Assembly (NCBI GenBank): GCA_038746285.1
Contig: JBCDKT010000012.1
Coordinates: 6,553-70,552, forward strand
DNA length: 64,000 nt
Direction: 5' to 3'
Source of the DNA: Bacteroidota bacterium
Lineage (GTDB): Bacteria; Bacteroidota; Rhodothermia; Rhodothermales; JANQRZ01
In this document: piece after piece, positions 19,151 through 29,433 of the stretch
How the letters are laid out: each line of letters opens with the position of its first letter
Position numbering within the stretch: position 1 is the stretch's first letter
Position numbers and translations under genes: made by a program
The notes under the pieces: model-generated
Database searches by the model: none
Seen by the model: the letters and a program-made list of their open reading frames with translations, nothing else
Told to the model about the DNA's origin: nothing

Positions 19151-19567
19151 CGTTCGACTCTGTTGAGGTTTGCGACGCCGAGCCCCAAGCTAGAAACCGC
19201 TCTGTGACTAAATCAACGGCTGGTTCGGACCGTACTGCCGGTTTCGGGACGGCCCGGAGCCATGCACCCCTGGTCTGCCGGTTTCCTCGCGACCTCACCT
19301 GCGCCGTCTCTTCCCGTATCCATCAGGACTGTTCAACGGTGCCGGGGTGCTTCTGGCGCGATCTCTGCGGGGCGTGCCTGTATGCAAGCGACGGCTCATC
19401 CAAAACCCACGGACCTATGACCTCCTACGTGTCCTTCGCCCTCGGCACTGTGCTCATCGTCAGCGCGAGTTGGCTGGCGCGCCGCCACTTCACTCCGAGC
19501 GTCGCAGTGTCGTCCGACCTCCGCTTCACGAACGACGACATCGTCTGGGTGTAGCTTTTTCTGCGCG

Positions 19568-20332
19568 TTAGCGGAAACGCTTTTCCGCACTCAGCATCCC
19601 GGCCAAGTCCTGCACCCCGACCGGCCCGTGCCGGTACAGCAGGGGCTCGCCGAAGGTCGCCCCGACGCGGTAGCCGTAGACCCGCGCCCGCGCCTCGACC
19701 CACTGGAAGAAGCCGGGGTTCGAGATGAACGTTTCGGGCTCGTCCTCGCCGGCCTCGTAGTCCGGGTTGAAGAACTGGCTCTCGAAGGCTTGCAGCGCAG
19801 CGGTGCGCTGGTCCCACACGTCGGTCACGTCCACGACGAACGTCGGCTCGAACTCGACGGCCTGCATGTAGTGGAGGACGTGGCTCGGGCGCCACGGCTC
19901 CTGCGCCCGGCCGTCGTCGAAGGTCTCGACCTTGCGGAGGCCGCTGTAGAAGAGGGCGTCGATCGAGAGCCGGGCGGCGTCGCCGTGGTCGGGGTGCCGG
20001 ACCTCGAGCGCGTTGACGAGGACGATAGGCGGGCGGTACCGGCGGACGAGGCGGATGAGGTCCTCCTGGTTCGCCTTCGTGTTCTGGATGTCGCCGTCCG
20101 GCAGCCCGAGGTTGTCGCGCGCGGCGAGGCCGAGAATCTCGGCAGCAGCAGCGGCCTCCTCTATCCGGCCTTCCGGCGTGCCCCGGCTCCCGAGCTCGCC
20201 CCGCGTGAAGTCCACAATGCCCGTCCGGTAGCCGTCGCGGGCGAGGACGCACATCGTCCCCCCGGCGCACAGCTCCACGTCGTCCGGGTGCGCCGCGAGG
20301 GCCAGCACGTCGAGCGTCACGTCATCAGCCAT
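19568..20332 (-). CDS. bshB1: Bacillithiol biosynthesis deacetylase (LmbE/PIG-L family)
   Basis: Trimmed to ATG 20332. LALAAHPDDVELCAGG, RHPDHGDAA and ALQAFESQF align well with BshB1 as I remember it. Confidence 0.8.
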   Translation of the reverse strand: MADDVTLDVLALAAHPDDVELCAGGTMCVLARDGYRTGIVDFTRGELGSRGTPEGRIEEAAAAAEILGLAARDNLGLPDGDIQNTKANQEDLIRLVRRYRPPIVLVNALEVRHPDHGDAARLSIDALFYSGLRKVETFDDGRAQEPWRPSHVLHYMQAVEFEPTFVVDVTDVWDQRTAALQAFESQFFNPDYEAGEDEPETFISNPGFFQWVEARARVYGYRVGATFGEPLLYRHGPVGVQDLAGMLSAEKRFR

Positions 20333-20346
20333 CCCAGTCCCCGTAG

Positions 20347-20366
20347 GGGCGCAGCATGCTGCGCCC
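20347..20366 (-). terminator. 20-bp perfect palindrome between leuS stop and bshB1 start
   Basis: GGGCGCAGCA|TGCTGCGCCC (20347-20366), preceded by GTAG (same GTAGGGGCG opening as 18538 and 50424). It lies 23 nt past the leuS stop and 14 nt before the bshB1 ATG. Confidence 0.45.
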
Positions 20367-20388
20367 GGCATCCGGCCTCGCCATCGGC

Positions 20389-22962
20389 TCAGTTCACGAC
20401 GAAATTGACGAGGCGGCCCGGCACGTAGATCTCCTTGCGCACGGTCCCCTCGGCGAGGTAGCGGGCGACGTTCTCCTCGGTCCGTGCCGCGTCGAGCACC
20501 GCTTCCTTCGAGGCGTCGGCGGCGACCTGCACCGTGCCGCGTAGCTTGCCCATCACCTGCACGGCGATCTCGATCTCGGCCTCCTTGAGGTGCTGCTCGT
20601 CGTGCTCCGGCCACGGCGCGTAGGTCAGGCTGTCGCCGTGCCCGAGGCGCTGCCACAGCTCCTCACCGAGGTGCGGCGCGAACGGCGCGAGGAGGAGGAC
20701 GAACGGCTCCAGCACCGCCTTCGGCGTCGCGTCCCACTTGGTCGCCTCGTTGACGAACTCGATGAGCGCGGCAATCGCCGTGTTGAAGCGGAGGCCGTCG
20801 ATGTCCTCGGTGACCTTTTTGATCGTCGCGTGGAGCGTGCGAAGCTGGTCCCTCGCCGGTGCGTCGTCGGTGACCGCCTGCTCGGTGACGAGGCGCCACG
20901 ACCGGGCGAGGAAGCGGTGGACGCCTTTGATGTCGTCGGTGCGCCAGGGCTTGGTCTGCTCCAGCGGCCCCATGTACATCTCGTAGAGCCGCAGCGAGTC
21001 GGCCCCGAACTCGGCGACGATGTCGTCCGGGTTGACGACGTTGCCGCGGCTCTTGGACATTCTGTACGCCCGTGCCTCGACCTCGACCTCGGGGTCGGCC
21101 TTGAGCACGAACCCGTTGCCGTGCTTCTCGACGGCGCGCTCCTCGACCGTGCTCGCCGTGCCGCCCCGGGTGACGGTGTACTCGACCTCGCCGAGAATCA
21201 TGCCCTGGTTGACGAGCCGAGCGAACGGCTCTTCGGTGGATACGACGCCCGCGTCGAAGAGGACTTTGTGCCAGAACCGGGCGTAGAGCAGGTGGAGCAC
21301 CGCGTGCTCGGCCCCGCCGACGTAGAGGTCGACCGGCATCCAGTACCGCTCCTTCTCGGGATCAACGAGGTGCCGGTCGTTGTCGGGATCGAGGTAGCGG
21401 AGGTAGTACCAGCACGAGCCGGCCCACTGCGGCATCGTGTTGGTCTCGCGCACGGCGGGCTGCCCGTCGAAGGCGGTGTTGACCCACTCGGGGATCGCGG
21501 CGAGCGGGCTCTCGCCCGTCCCGCTCGGCTCGTAGCGCTCGACCTCGGGGAGCGTCACCGGGAGGGCGTCCTCCGGGAGCGGCTGCGGCTGGCCGTCGAC
21601 GAAGACGACCGGGAACGGCTCGCCCCAGTAGCGCTGGCGGCTGAAGATCCAGTCGCGGAGCTTGTAGTTGACCTGCCGCCGCCCGACGCCTTCGCTCTCC
21701 AGCCACTCCGTCATCTTGGCCTTCGCCTCCTCCACGCCGAGGCCGTCGAGGCGCACGCCCTGCTCAGCGATGTCGGGGATGGCGCGGCCCGAGGAGTCGG
21801 AGTTGATCGCGGGGCCGTCGCCGACGTACGCCTGGCCGTCGAAGTCGTCCGGCGGCTGGACGGTGCGGACGATCGGCAGGCCGTAGGTCTCGGCGAAGTC
21901 CCAGTCGCGCTGGTCCTGACCGGGGACGGCCATGATGGCCCCCGTGCCGTAGGTGGCGAGGACGTAGTCGGCGATCCAGATGGGAATGTGCTGGCCCGTC
22001 GCCGGGTTGACGGCGTGGCCGCCGGTGAAGACCCCGGTCTTGTCTTTCTGCAGCTCGGTCCGCTCCAGTTCGGACTTGCGGGCCGCGGCTTCGCGGTAAG
22101 TCTCCACGGCCTCGCGCTGTTCGCTAGAGGTGATCTCGTCCACGAGCGGGTGCTCGGGCGCGAGGACCATGAAGGTCGCGCCGAAGAGCGTGTCGGGGCG
22201 CGTCGTGAAGACGCGGATCGTGCGCTCGGCGTGCCCGAAGACGGGGAAGTCGACCTCGGCCCCTTCGCTCCGGCCGATCCAGTTGCGCTGCATCTCCTTG
22301 AGCGACTCCGGCCAGCCGAGGTCGTCGAGGCCGCTGAGCAGGCGCTCGGCGTAGTCGGTGATCTTCAGCATCCACTGCCGCATCGGGCGGCGGACGACGG
22401 GGAAGCCGCCGACCTCGCTCTTGCCGTCGACGACCTCCTCGTTCGAGAGGACCGTGCCGAGCTCGGGGCACCAGTTGACGGGCACCTCGGCCTGGTACGC
22501 CAGCCCTTTCTCGTAGAGCTTGAGGAAGATCCACTGCGTCCAGCGGACGTAGGCCGGGTCCGTCGTGTCGACCTCGCGGCTCCAGTCGTAGGAGAAGCCG
22601 AGCGCCTTGAGCTGCTCGCGGAAGCGGGCGACGTTGCGCTCGGTCGTCTCGCGCGGGTGCGTGCCAGTCTTGAGGGCGTACTGCTCGGCGGGCAGCCCGA
22701 ACGCGTCCCAGCCGATGGGGTGGAGCACGTTGAAGCCCTGCATCCGCCGGGCGCGCGCCAGGATGTCAGTCGCCGTATAGCCCTCGGGGTGGCCGACGTG
22801 GAGACCCGACCCGCTCGGGTAGGGAAACATGTCGAGGACGTAGTACTTCGGCTTGCTCGCGTCGAAGCCCGCGTCGCCGGGGCCGGGCGTTTTGTAGGTC
22901 TCGTAGGCGTCCCAGTGGCGCTGCCACTTGGGCTCGATCTCGTCGAAGGGATAGGCGGCCAT
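20389..22962 (-). CDS. leuS: Leucine--tRNA ligase
   Basis: HVGHPEGY (HIGH) and YRMSKSRGN (KMSKS). Start set at [14 protein letters not shown] (ATG 22962) rather than the ORF-track start 23037. Confidence 0.95.
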   Translation of the reverse strand: MAAYPFDEIEPKWQRHWDAYETYKTPGPGDAGFDASKPKYYVLDMFPYPSGSGLHVGHPEGYTATDILARARRMQGFNVLHPIGWDAFGLPAEQYALKTGTHPRETTERNVARFREQLKALGFSYDWSREVDTTDPAYVRWTQWIFLKLYEKGLAYQAEVPVNWCPELGTVLSNEEVVDGKSEVGGFPVVRRPMRQWMLKITDYAERLLSGLDDLGWPESLKEMQRNWIGRSEGAEVDFPVFGHAERTIRVFTTRPDTLFGATFMVLAPEHPLVDEITSSEQREAVETYREAAARKSELERTELQKDKTGVFTGGHAVNPATGQHIPIWIADYVLATYGTGAIMAVPGQDQRDWDFAETYGLPIVRTVQPPDDFDGQAYVGDGPAINSDSSGRAIPDIAEQGVRLDGLGVEEAKAKMTEWLESEGVGRRQVNYKLRDWIFSRQRYWGEPFPVVFVDGQPQPLPEDALPVTLPEVERYEPSGTGESPLAAIPEWVNTAFDGQPAVRETNTMPQWAGSCWYYLRYLDPDNDRHLVDPEKERYWMPVDLYVGGAEHAVLHLLYARFWHKVLFDAGVVSTEEPFARLVNQGMILGEVEYTVTRGGTASTVEERAVEKHGNGFVLKADPEVEVEARAYRMSKSRGNVVNPDDIVAEFGADSLRLYEMYMGPLEQTKPWRTDDIKGVHRFLARSWRLVTEQAVTDDAPARDQLRTLHATIKKVTEDIDGLRFNTAIAALIEFVNEATKWDATPKAVLEPFVLLLAPFAPHLGEELWQRLGHGDSLTYAPWPEHDEQHLKEAEIEIAVQVMGKLRGTVQVAADASKEAVLDAARTEENVARYLAEGTVRKEIYVPGRLVNFVVN

Positions 22963-23054
22963 AGATAGTAGTGGATCGGGGGATCGGGACATTGGTGGAT
23001 TGAGCGGGGTCAGCCAATCGCTCAATCGCTCAGTCAACCAGTCGCTCAGTGAGA

Positions 23055-23966
23055 TTACCCGTCGCTGTCCGTCTCGTCTTCCATCTCTGCGTCTTCCTCC
23101 ATCTCGGCCTCTTCCTCCCCACCACTCAGCATCTCGTCGAGGTCGATCTCTCCCGCGGCGTCGAGGTCCGCGAGCGTCTCTGCGAAGGCCTCGCCCGCGT
23201 CGGTGATAGCCCCGACGAGCGCGGCGCTGATCGCCTCGCGGTACAGCCGGGCGACGTACTGCCCGGTGGGCGTTTGGATGTGCGCCAGGTAGGCGTCGAG
23301 GTCTTCGTCTGGAACGTCGCGGTAGGCGTAGAGGGTGCTGCCCCGGACCGCGCTGCCGAGGTTGCCCTCCAGCATCGGACGCATCTGGGCGCGGATCGAG
23401 TCGGCCGGCGGAGCGTCACCGCGCGAGATGGAAGCCGTGGACTGCTGCGAAGCCACGATGATGTCGAGGAACAGCTCAACGGTTCCGTCTACGCCCCCGG
23501 TTGCGTCCAGCACGCGGTTGACCAGGGCCTCGCGCTCGGGCGTGACCTCTACGGTAGCAAAGCTGCCGGTCATGGCATACATCTGCACGGCGACCTGGGC
23601 CTCGTCGTCGTTCGCCATCGAGTCTTCGAGGGCCTGCAGCTGTCCGACGAGCGGCTCGCCGTACCACGCGACCGCGGCCTCCACGCTGTCGGCGTCGGGC
23701 TTCGCCATCACGAACGTGCTCAGCCGCTCCTCCAACGCCTCAGCGCTGAGGGCATCGCCGTAGATCTCCAGGAACGGCTCCTGCACCGGCTCGGGGAACT
23801 GGCTCGCCTGAAGCTCGATCTGCTGCCCGATCTGGTCGCCGATGTTGCTGACCTGGTCGGGCAGGTTGCTGGCGTCGAGGTAGGAGCGGGTGAGGTCGGC
23901 ATCGACTTGGGCAGCAGCCGGCAGGGCAACGAGAAGCGCGAGGCAGAGCGGGAGCAGGTGGGGCAT
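23055..23966 (-). CDS. Secreted protein with acidic C-terminal tail, unknown function
   Basis: Signal peptide [20 protein letters not shown], a helical body, and C-terminus [22 protein letters not shown]. Confidence 0.65.
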   Translation of the reverse strand: MPHLLPLCLALLVALPAAAQVDADLTRSYLDASNLPDQVSNIGDQIGQQIELQASQFPEPVQEPFLEIYGDALSAEALEERLSTFVMAKPDADSVEAAVAWYGEPLVGQLQALEDSMANDDEAQVAVQMYAMTGSFATVEVTPEREALVNRVLDATGGVDGTVELFLDIIVASQQSTASISRGDAPPADSIRAQMRPMLEGNLGSAVRGSTLYAYRDVPDEDLDAYLAHIQTPTGQYVARLYREAISAALVGAITDAGEAFAETLADLDAAGEIDLDEMLSGGEEEAEMEEDAEMEDETDSDG

Positions 23967-24030
23967 GGGAGCGGGTGCTTAGGACGGGGAGAGAAGGCTC
24001 GGAGTACGCCCCACGCGCCCGGCGGTTGCC

Positions 24031-24624
24031 TCACAGCGAGGCAGCGAGCACGACGGCGACGGCCACGGCGATGACGACGAAGTTGAGTGCGAACGCCGCG
24101 ACGAGGACGAGCACGAACGGCAGGCTCGCCAGCCGCGCCGCCCGGGCGAGGGCGACCGTCCGCAGCAGCGTACCCCGCGTGTCGCCGACCACCTCGCGCA
24201 GCCGCCACAGCACGCCGAAGAAGCCGAGTAGCCGCCCGCTCCGCTGTTCTCCCTCGGGGGGCCGGGCCACGGACGCCGCCTCGGCTATCGTCTCGCCCGT
24301 GGCACCGAGCACGCGGCCGGGGAGCGCCCGGAGCCGAGCTGGAAGCTCCAGCACCTCGCGCATCGTAGCCACCGCCAGCCACGTCCCCGCCGCCGGTACG
24401 AGCAGCACCCCGAGCACGACGACAGCGAGCACTGTCCTCGCCGAGAGCGGCCACACCGCCGCGCCGCAGAGGACGCCCCACAGCACGAGCGCCGCGACGG
24501 CGGACACCCGCCCGACCGCGCTCACCTTGCCGACAAGGCGCTGCACGAGCGGGACGAGCCGCTGCAGGCGCGAGAGCGACGCCGCCTCCGGCTCGGGCGT
24601 GGTCATCGGGGCGGGATCGTTCAT
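24031..24624 (-). CDS. Integral membrane protein, unknown function
   Basis: 197 aa with about four hydrophobic helices (VAALVLWGVLCGAAVW, VLAVVVLGVLLVPAAGTWLAV, LPFVLVLVAAFALNFVVIAVAVAVVLAA). Confidence 0.6.
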   Translation of the reverse strand: MNDPAPMTTPEPEAASLSRLQRLVPLVQRLVGKVSAVGRVSAVAALVLWGVLCGAAVWPLSARTVLAVVVLGVLLVPAAGTWLAVATMREVLELPARLRALPGRVLGATGETIAEAASVARPPEGEQRSGRLLGFFGVLWRLREVVGDTRGTLLRTVALARAARLASLPFVLVLVAAFALNFVVIAVAVAVVLAASL

Positions 24625-24699
24625 CGGGGGAGGAGCGGCGGAATCTAATCGGCCGGCATTCGTACAACGGCCCCTGTCCTTCTACGCCTCGCTCGCTTC

Positions 24700-25125
24700 A
24701 TGGATCTTCGCACCGCCGACCTGCGCACCGCCCTCGACGACGCCCGCACGATTGCCGTCGTTGGCTGCTCGCCGCGCGCCACGCGCACGAGCCACCGCAT
24801 CGCCCGCTACCTCCAAGACGCGGGCTACACCGTCGTCCCGATCAACCCGCACCACGATGAACTCCTCGGCGTACCGTGCTACCCCGACGTACTCCGCATC
24901 CCCGAGGGCACGGCGGTCGACATCGTGAACGTCTTCCGGCAGCCGCGCTTCACCGAGGGCGTGGTGCAGGACACGATCGACTGGAGCGAGCGGGCCGGCC
25001 AGCGGCCGCTCGTGTGGACCCAGCTCGGCGTCTCCTCCCGCGAGGCCGAACAGTTGGCGGCGGCCCACGATCTCCCCTACGTCGTCAACCGCTGCATCAT
25101 GGTCGAGCACGCCCGGCTGGTCTGA
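24700..25125 (+). CDS. CoA-binding domain protein (YccU/YneT-like)
   Basis: IAVVGCSPRATRTSHRIARYLQDAGYTVVPINP...VDIVNVFR matches the CoA_binding_2 pattern. Confidence 0.8.
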   Translation: MDLRTADLRTALDDARTIAVVGCSPRATRTSHRIARYLQDAGYTVVPINPHHDELLGVPCYPDVLRIPEGTAVDIVNVFRQPRFTEGVVQDTIDWSERAGQRPLVWTQLGVSSREAEQLAAAHDLPYVVNRCIMVEHARLV

Positions 25126-25783
25126 GCTGCGCTTCGGTGCCCGTCAGCGTCTCGAAGCGGGCGACCTCTTCGCGGAGCCGGGCGCGCATCGGTTCCAGGC
25201 GCGGGTCGTCAAACGCGGCGGAGGCGTCGAGGACCGAGTGGAAATACCACCGCTGCTGGTCGGGGCCGGCCGAGAGGCTGCCCGGCCCGCCGCCGAAGAG
25301 GTCGAGCCCGGCCTCGATGCCCTGGTTCATCGTCCACACGTTGTGGAGCTTGTCGGCGAGCGAGATCGCCATGCTCTCGGCGGTGCCCGCTCGGAGGGTG
25401 TCGAGGTAGGCCTCCTTTCGGGTCCGCCACGGGAGGAAGTACCCCTCGGCATCGCACTTCGGCTCGGTGACGCCGCGCACGCGGTCGGCCACCTCGGGTC
25501 CGACGAGCGCGGCGAGGGCGGCGTAGCTCATTGTGTGCTCGTACTGGTTGCCGTCCTCCAGGATGTCGTGGAGAAACGCGGCAGCGACGGTGGCGTCGTC
25601 CCACCCGGCGCGCTCCACGATGAAGGCGACAGCGCTGAGGTGGGCCATCACGGGAATCTGCATCGCGGCCTCGGGCGGCGGGTCGTAGGGGTGCTGCCGC
25701 CACCGGCTCTTGCGGTACGTCCGGTCGTGCCACTCGGCGGCGATCTCGGTGGCCTGCTCGACGAGGGGGGAGAAGAGAGACAT
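25097..25783 (-). CDS. HD-domain phosphohydrolase (RelA/SpoT-type HD)
   Basis: MAHLSAVAFIV...AAFLHDILEDG...ISLADKLHN. The 3' end overlaps the convergent CoA-binding gene by 29 nt. Confidence 0.75.
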   Translation of the reverse strand: MSLFSPLVEQATEIAAEWHDRTYRKSRWRQHPYDPPPEAAMQIPVMAHLSAVAFIVERAGWDDATVAAAFLHDILEDGNQYEHTMSYAALAALVGPEVADRVRGVTEPKCDAEGYFLPWRTRKEAYLDTLRAGTAESMAISLADKLHNVWTMNQGIEAGLDLFGGGPGSLSAGPDQQRWYFHSVLDASAAFDDPRLEPMRARLREEVARFETLTGTEAQLRPAGRARP

Positions 25784-25852
25784 GGGGAGTGGGGCGAGTA
25801 GGAGGAACGGGAGGATTCCAGCTTCGCCGCTGCGCTTCCTTCCTCCCAGAAG

Positions 25853-27499
25853 CTAAAGCTCGACGACCTGGTGCTCGGCTGTGTCGAGGTCTAGGCCGTC
25901 GATCCACTGCCCGACGAGGGCGGGGCCGTACTTGTTGAGCACGTAGAGCGCCGAGAGGATGCGCTCCTGGAGCGTACCGGTCGGGTACAGCCCGGCGACG
26001 GCCTTTTCGAGCTGGCCGCGCACGGCGTCGTGGTTGCGCTTCTCGGCGCGGACGGCGCGGGCCTTCAGGCTGTCGAGGTCTTTTTGCAGCGATGCCCGCG
26101 TCGCCTCGGCCGACTTGCCGAGCGTCGGGTCGATGCCGGCGACGACCGGCTTGAGCAGGTTGACAGCCTCGTGCACGTGCCTAGCCGCTTCGCCGAACGC
26201 GCCTTCCACGTCGTGCTCCGAGAGGTCGAGGACGAGGCGGCGATGGAGAACGTCGAGGTCTTCGCTGAGGTCGGCGACGGTGAGCCGGTAGCGGTCGAGG
26301 ATTTTCTGGACCTTGCCCTCGACGAGCGTGACGCTCGCGCGCGGGTAGACGACCGGCATCGGCACGCCGAAGGCTTCGTAGACGCCGCCGAGTTGGGCGT
26401 AGTACGAGGTCTCGCCCGGCCCCGCGACGTAGGCCGCCGTCGGCAGGAGCCGGTCTTCGACGATCGGGCGGAGGACGACGTTGGGGCTGAAGCGCTCCGG
26501 CTCGGCGTCGAGGAGGGCGAGGAGGTCGTCCTTTGCGTAGGTCCGGTCGAGACCACGCAGCGCGAACGTTTCGGCCGCGCCGTCGCCCCTCGGGTCGAGC
26601 GTGAAGCGGCCCTCGTCTTCCAGCAAAAAGAGGTTGACCGGCAGCGGCGTGACCTGCCGGTGGAAGCCGGCCGCTTCGAGGTCGGCGCTCGCCGCTTCGA
26701 GCCGGGCGAGCGTCTCGGCGTGGCGCTCGATCTCCTGCCGGAAGACGGGCGCGGCGAGGCGTTTGAGGCGGGCGTCGTCCGAGGAGATCAGCACGAGGCC
26801 GCTCCCGGCGAAGAGGTGCTGCATCAGCCCGGCGAAGGCGTCGCGCATCGACGCGCCAGGGCGGTAGGCGGCGCGCACGGCCTGCATCAACGCGGGCGTA
26901 AACTCGGTCTCGCGCAGCGCGGCTTCGAGCGCGTCCACGGCCTCCGCGACCTCGTCCCCGAGCACGCGGCGGCCGACCGGTAGTCGGCTCTCGCTCGGTG
27001 GCAAGCCGATCCGCACCGGGTCGTTGCCGCCGAGCACGAGGATCGAGCGAACCTCGTCGAAGTCATGATCCTCGCCTGCCATCCAGAAGACCGGGACGAC
27101 GGGGTCGCCCGTCTCGCCCCGCATCTGCCGGGCAAGCCGGACGGCGGTGGCGGCCTTGTAGACCGTGTAGAGCGGCCCGCCGAAGAGGCCAAGCTGCTGC
27201 CCAGTCACGACGGTAGCGCTCGCCGGGTCGCGCAGCGCGTCGAGGTTTGCGCGCACCGCGTCGTCGAGGTTGCCCCAGGCTTCGTTCTGCTCGGCGAGCA
27301 CGTCGGCGAGGGTATCGCGGTCGCGGCCGAGCGCCGCAGCCTCGCGGGCGGCTTCGGCGCGCGCCGCGCCGTCCCGGAAGTCGCGGGCGAAGAAGCGGAG
27401 GGCCTCCGGGTCGCCGGCCGCGTAGCGCCGGAAGAGGTCGGGAAAGCCACCGAGGCGGTCGAAGGCGAGGCGGCGGGCGGCGGGCGGCGGGGCGGTCAT
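25853..27499 (-). CDS. bshC: Bacillithiol biosynthesis cysteine-adding enzyme
   Basis: VVTGQQLGLFGGPLYTVYKA and PVFWMAGEDHDFDE are the hallmark BshC motifs. 548 aa. Confidence 0.85.
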   Translation of the reverse strand: MTAPPPAARRLAFDRLGGFPDLFRRYAAGDPEALRFFARDFRDGAARAEAAREAAALGRDRDTLADVLAEQNEAWGNLDDAVRANLDALRDPASATVVTGQQLGLFGGPLYTVYKAATAVRLARQMRGETGDPVVPVFWMAGEDHDFDEVRSILVLGGNDPVRIGLPPSESRLPVGRRVLGDEVAEAVDALEAALRETEFTPALMQAVRAAYRPGASMRDAFAGLMQHLFAGSGLVLISSDDARLKRLAAPVFRQEIERHAETLARLEAASADLEAAGFHRQVTPLPVNLFLLEDEGRFTLDPRGDGAAETFALRGLDRTYAKDDLLALLDAEPERFSPNVVLRPIVEDRLLPTAAYVAGPGETSYYAQLGGVYEAFGVPMPVVYPRASVTLVEGKVQKILDRYRLTVADLSEDLDVLHRRLVLDLSEHDVEGAFGEAARHVHEAVNLLKPVVAGIDPTLGKSAEATRASLQKDLDSLKARAVRAEKRNHDAVRGQLEKAVAGLYPTGTLQERILSALYVLNKYGPALVGQWIDGLDLDTAEHQVVEL

Positions 27500-27509
27500 A
27501 AGAGCGGAA

Positions 27510-27598
27510 GCATGGAGGAGCGGAAGCGCGGAAGACGGAGCTGGGAGATCGGCCTGTAGATGAACCTCAGAGTCTTCCGCTCTTCCTTTCCTCCGCTC
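27510..27598. repeat. Long imperfect hairpin built from GGAGCGGAAG / CTTCCGCTCC words
   Basis: Perfect 9-bp core GCGGAAGAC (27528-27536) / GTCTTCCGC (27572-27580) with a 35-nt loop, extendable to ~25 imperfect bp. It shares the 13-mer CTTCCGCTCTTCC (27574-27586) with 39748-39760. Confidence 0.6.
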
Positions 27599-27606
27599 GT
27601 CCGCTC

Positions 27607-28191
27607 CTAGTTCTCCTTCCGCATCTGCTCGATCTCGTCGCGGAGTTGGGCGGCGCGCTCGTAGTCCTCGGTCTCGATGGCCTTCGTGAGCTGCGCCTCC
27701 ATCCGGTCCAGCGGCGAGCGCGCCGTGACGGCCTCCTCGACCTCGCCGTCGTCGGCCCGTTCCATCCGGGCACCCTCCTCGTCGTCGGCCGGAATGCCGG
27801 CTTCGTCGAGCACGTCGGGGGCGACGTAGATCGGGGCCTCGGTGCGGACGGCGAGGGCGACAGCGTCTGACGGGCGGGCGTCGAGCTGGTGCTCTTTGCC
27901 GGCGTAGACGTAGCGGATCTTGGCGAAGAAGGTCCCCTCGCGGAGGTCGTCAATCACGATGTCCGTGATGTCGGCGTCGATGGCCTCGAAGAGGTCGCGC
28001 AGCAGGTCGTGGGTCAGCGGGCGCGGGGGCTGGATCTTCTCCAGTTCAAGGGCGATGGCCTGGGCCTCGAAGGCCCCGATGATGATCGGCAGGCGGCGGT
28101 TGCCGTCGATCTCGCCGAGTACGAGGGCGTAGGCCCCGCCGCTGGAGGGGCTGGTGGAGAGTCCGATGATGTCTACTTGGAGGTAGTCCAT
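27607..28191 (-). CDS. Bifunctional nuclease family (DUF151) protein with UVR-like C-terminus
   Basis: GGAYALVLGEIDGNRRLPIIIGAFEAQAIALELE...RPLTHDLL, with C-terminal EDYERAAQLRDEIEQM. Confidence 0.8.
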   Translation of the reverse strand: MDYLQVDIIGLSTSPSSGGAYALVLGEIDGNRRLPIIIGAFEAQAIALELEKIQPPRPLTHDLLRDLFEAIDADITDIVIDDLREGTFFAKIRYVYAGKEHQLDARPSDAVALAVRTEAPIYVAPDVLDEAGIPADDEEGARMERADDGEVEEAVTARSPLDRMEAQLTKAIETEDYERAAQLRDEIEQMRKEN

Positions 28192-28241
28192 GGGCCCAGC
28201 GTTGGCTCAGAAGATAAGGACAGCCCGGTTGGGTAGGCGGC

Positions 28242-29348
28242 TCACGGAAGCACGCGTTTCAAGGCGTCGAGGAAGGCCCGGTTCTCCTCCGGCAGCCCGA
28301 CCGACGCGCGCACCCAGCCGGCGAGTTCGGGGTACCCGCTCACGTTGCGGATGCGGACGCCCTCGCGCAGGAGTGCCGCTAGCAGATCGGCCGGCACCAC
28401 CGGGGTGCGCATGATGAAAAAGTTGGCCGACGAGTCCATCGTCTCGACCCCTTCAATCTCGGCTAGCGCGGCGCGCAGCTTTACCCGCTCCGCGTTGAGC
28501 ACGGCGACGCGCTCGCGGATCAGGTCGCCGCGCTCGAGCATGGCGAGGCCCATCGCCTCGCTGACGCAGTCGACGAGGAACGGGAGGCGCGGCTTCTGGA
28601 GTTCGTCGACGATCGCCGGGTGGCCCATCAGGTAACCGAGGCGGACTCCGGCCAGGCCCATCGCCTTCGAGAAGGTCCGCATCACGAGCACGTTCGGGAA
28701 GTCGCGCGCCACGTCGAGCGCCGTCGGCCCCTCGATGAACTCGTAGTAGGCCTCGTCGATGAGCAGGAAGCCGGGCGCGGCGGCGGCTAGGCGCCGGAGG
28801 TCGTCGTGCGCGAAGCTCGCCCCGGTCGGGTTGTTGGGCGAGCACACGACCGTGAGCGGGGCCTCGGAGGCGTGCATCGCCGCGATGACGGCGTCGGCGC
28901 TGTGCGAGAAGTCCGGCTCCGGGGCGACCTTCACCTCGGTCCCGCCGAAGACGCGGACGATGCTGCCGTAGAGCGCGAACATCGGGCTCGGCAGCACGAC
29001 CGGCGTGCCCGGCTGCACGAACGCGAGGCCCACCGTCGGCGTTAGTTCGTTCGAGCCGCGCCCGAGGATGAGGCCCTCCTCGGGCCAGTCCAGCCGCTCG
29101 GCGAGGGCTGCGGCGAGCCGGTGCGGCCGGTCGGCCGGGTAGCGGTTCCAGGCCGTCGCCCGCAGCGCGCCGATGGCGGCCTGCTCGATCTCGGGCGGCA
29201 GGCCGTACGGGCTCTCGTTTTGGTCGAGCTTCGCCGCGCGGTCCACGGCGGTGGCCACGCGGTAGGCGCGCTCGGCGCGGACTTCGGGGCGGATCAGGTC
29301 GACGAGGTCGGAGAGGCGGTCCGTGGCGGGCGCAGCGGGGGAAGGCAT
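28242..29348 (-). CDS. hisC: Histidinol-phosphate aminotransferase
   Basis: KLDQNESPYGLPP and PLP-lysine motif RTFSKAMGLAGVRLGY. 368 aa. Confidence 0.85.
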   Translation of the reverse strand: MPSPAAPATDRLSDLVDLIRPEVRAERAYRVATAVDRAAKLDQNESPYGLPPEIEQAAIGALRATAWNRYPADRPHRLAAALAERLDWPEEGLILGRGSNELTPTVGLAFVQPGTPVVLPSPMFALYGSIVRVFGGTEVKVAPEPDFSHSADAVIAAMHASEAPLTVVCSPNNPTGASFAHDDLRRLAAAAPGFLLIDEAYYEFIEGPTALDVARDFPNVLVMRTFSKAMGLAGVRLGYLMGHPAIVDELQKPRLPFLVDCVSEAMGLAMLERGDLIRERVAVLNAERVKLRAALAEIEGVETMDSSANFFIMRTPVVPADLLAALLREGVRIRNVSGYPELAGWVRASVGLPEENRAFLDALKRVLP

Positions 29349-29433
29349 AGGTCAGGCGCGGGCGAGGGACAGACCCACGCGGCGCAGCGGCCGTGGTTCC
29401 ACCGGGGGCACCGATCTGCCGAACCGGCGCGTC

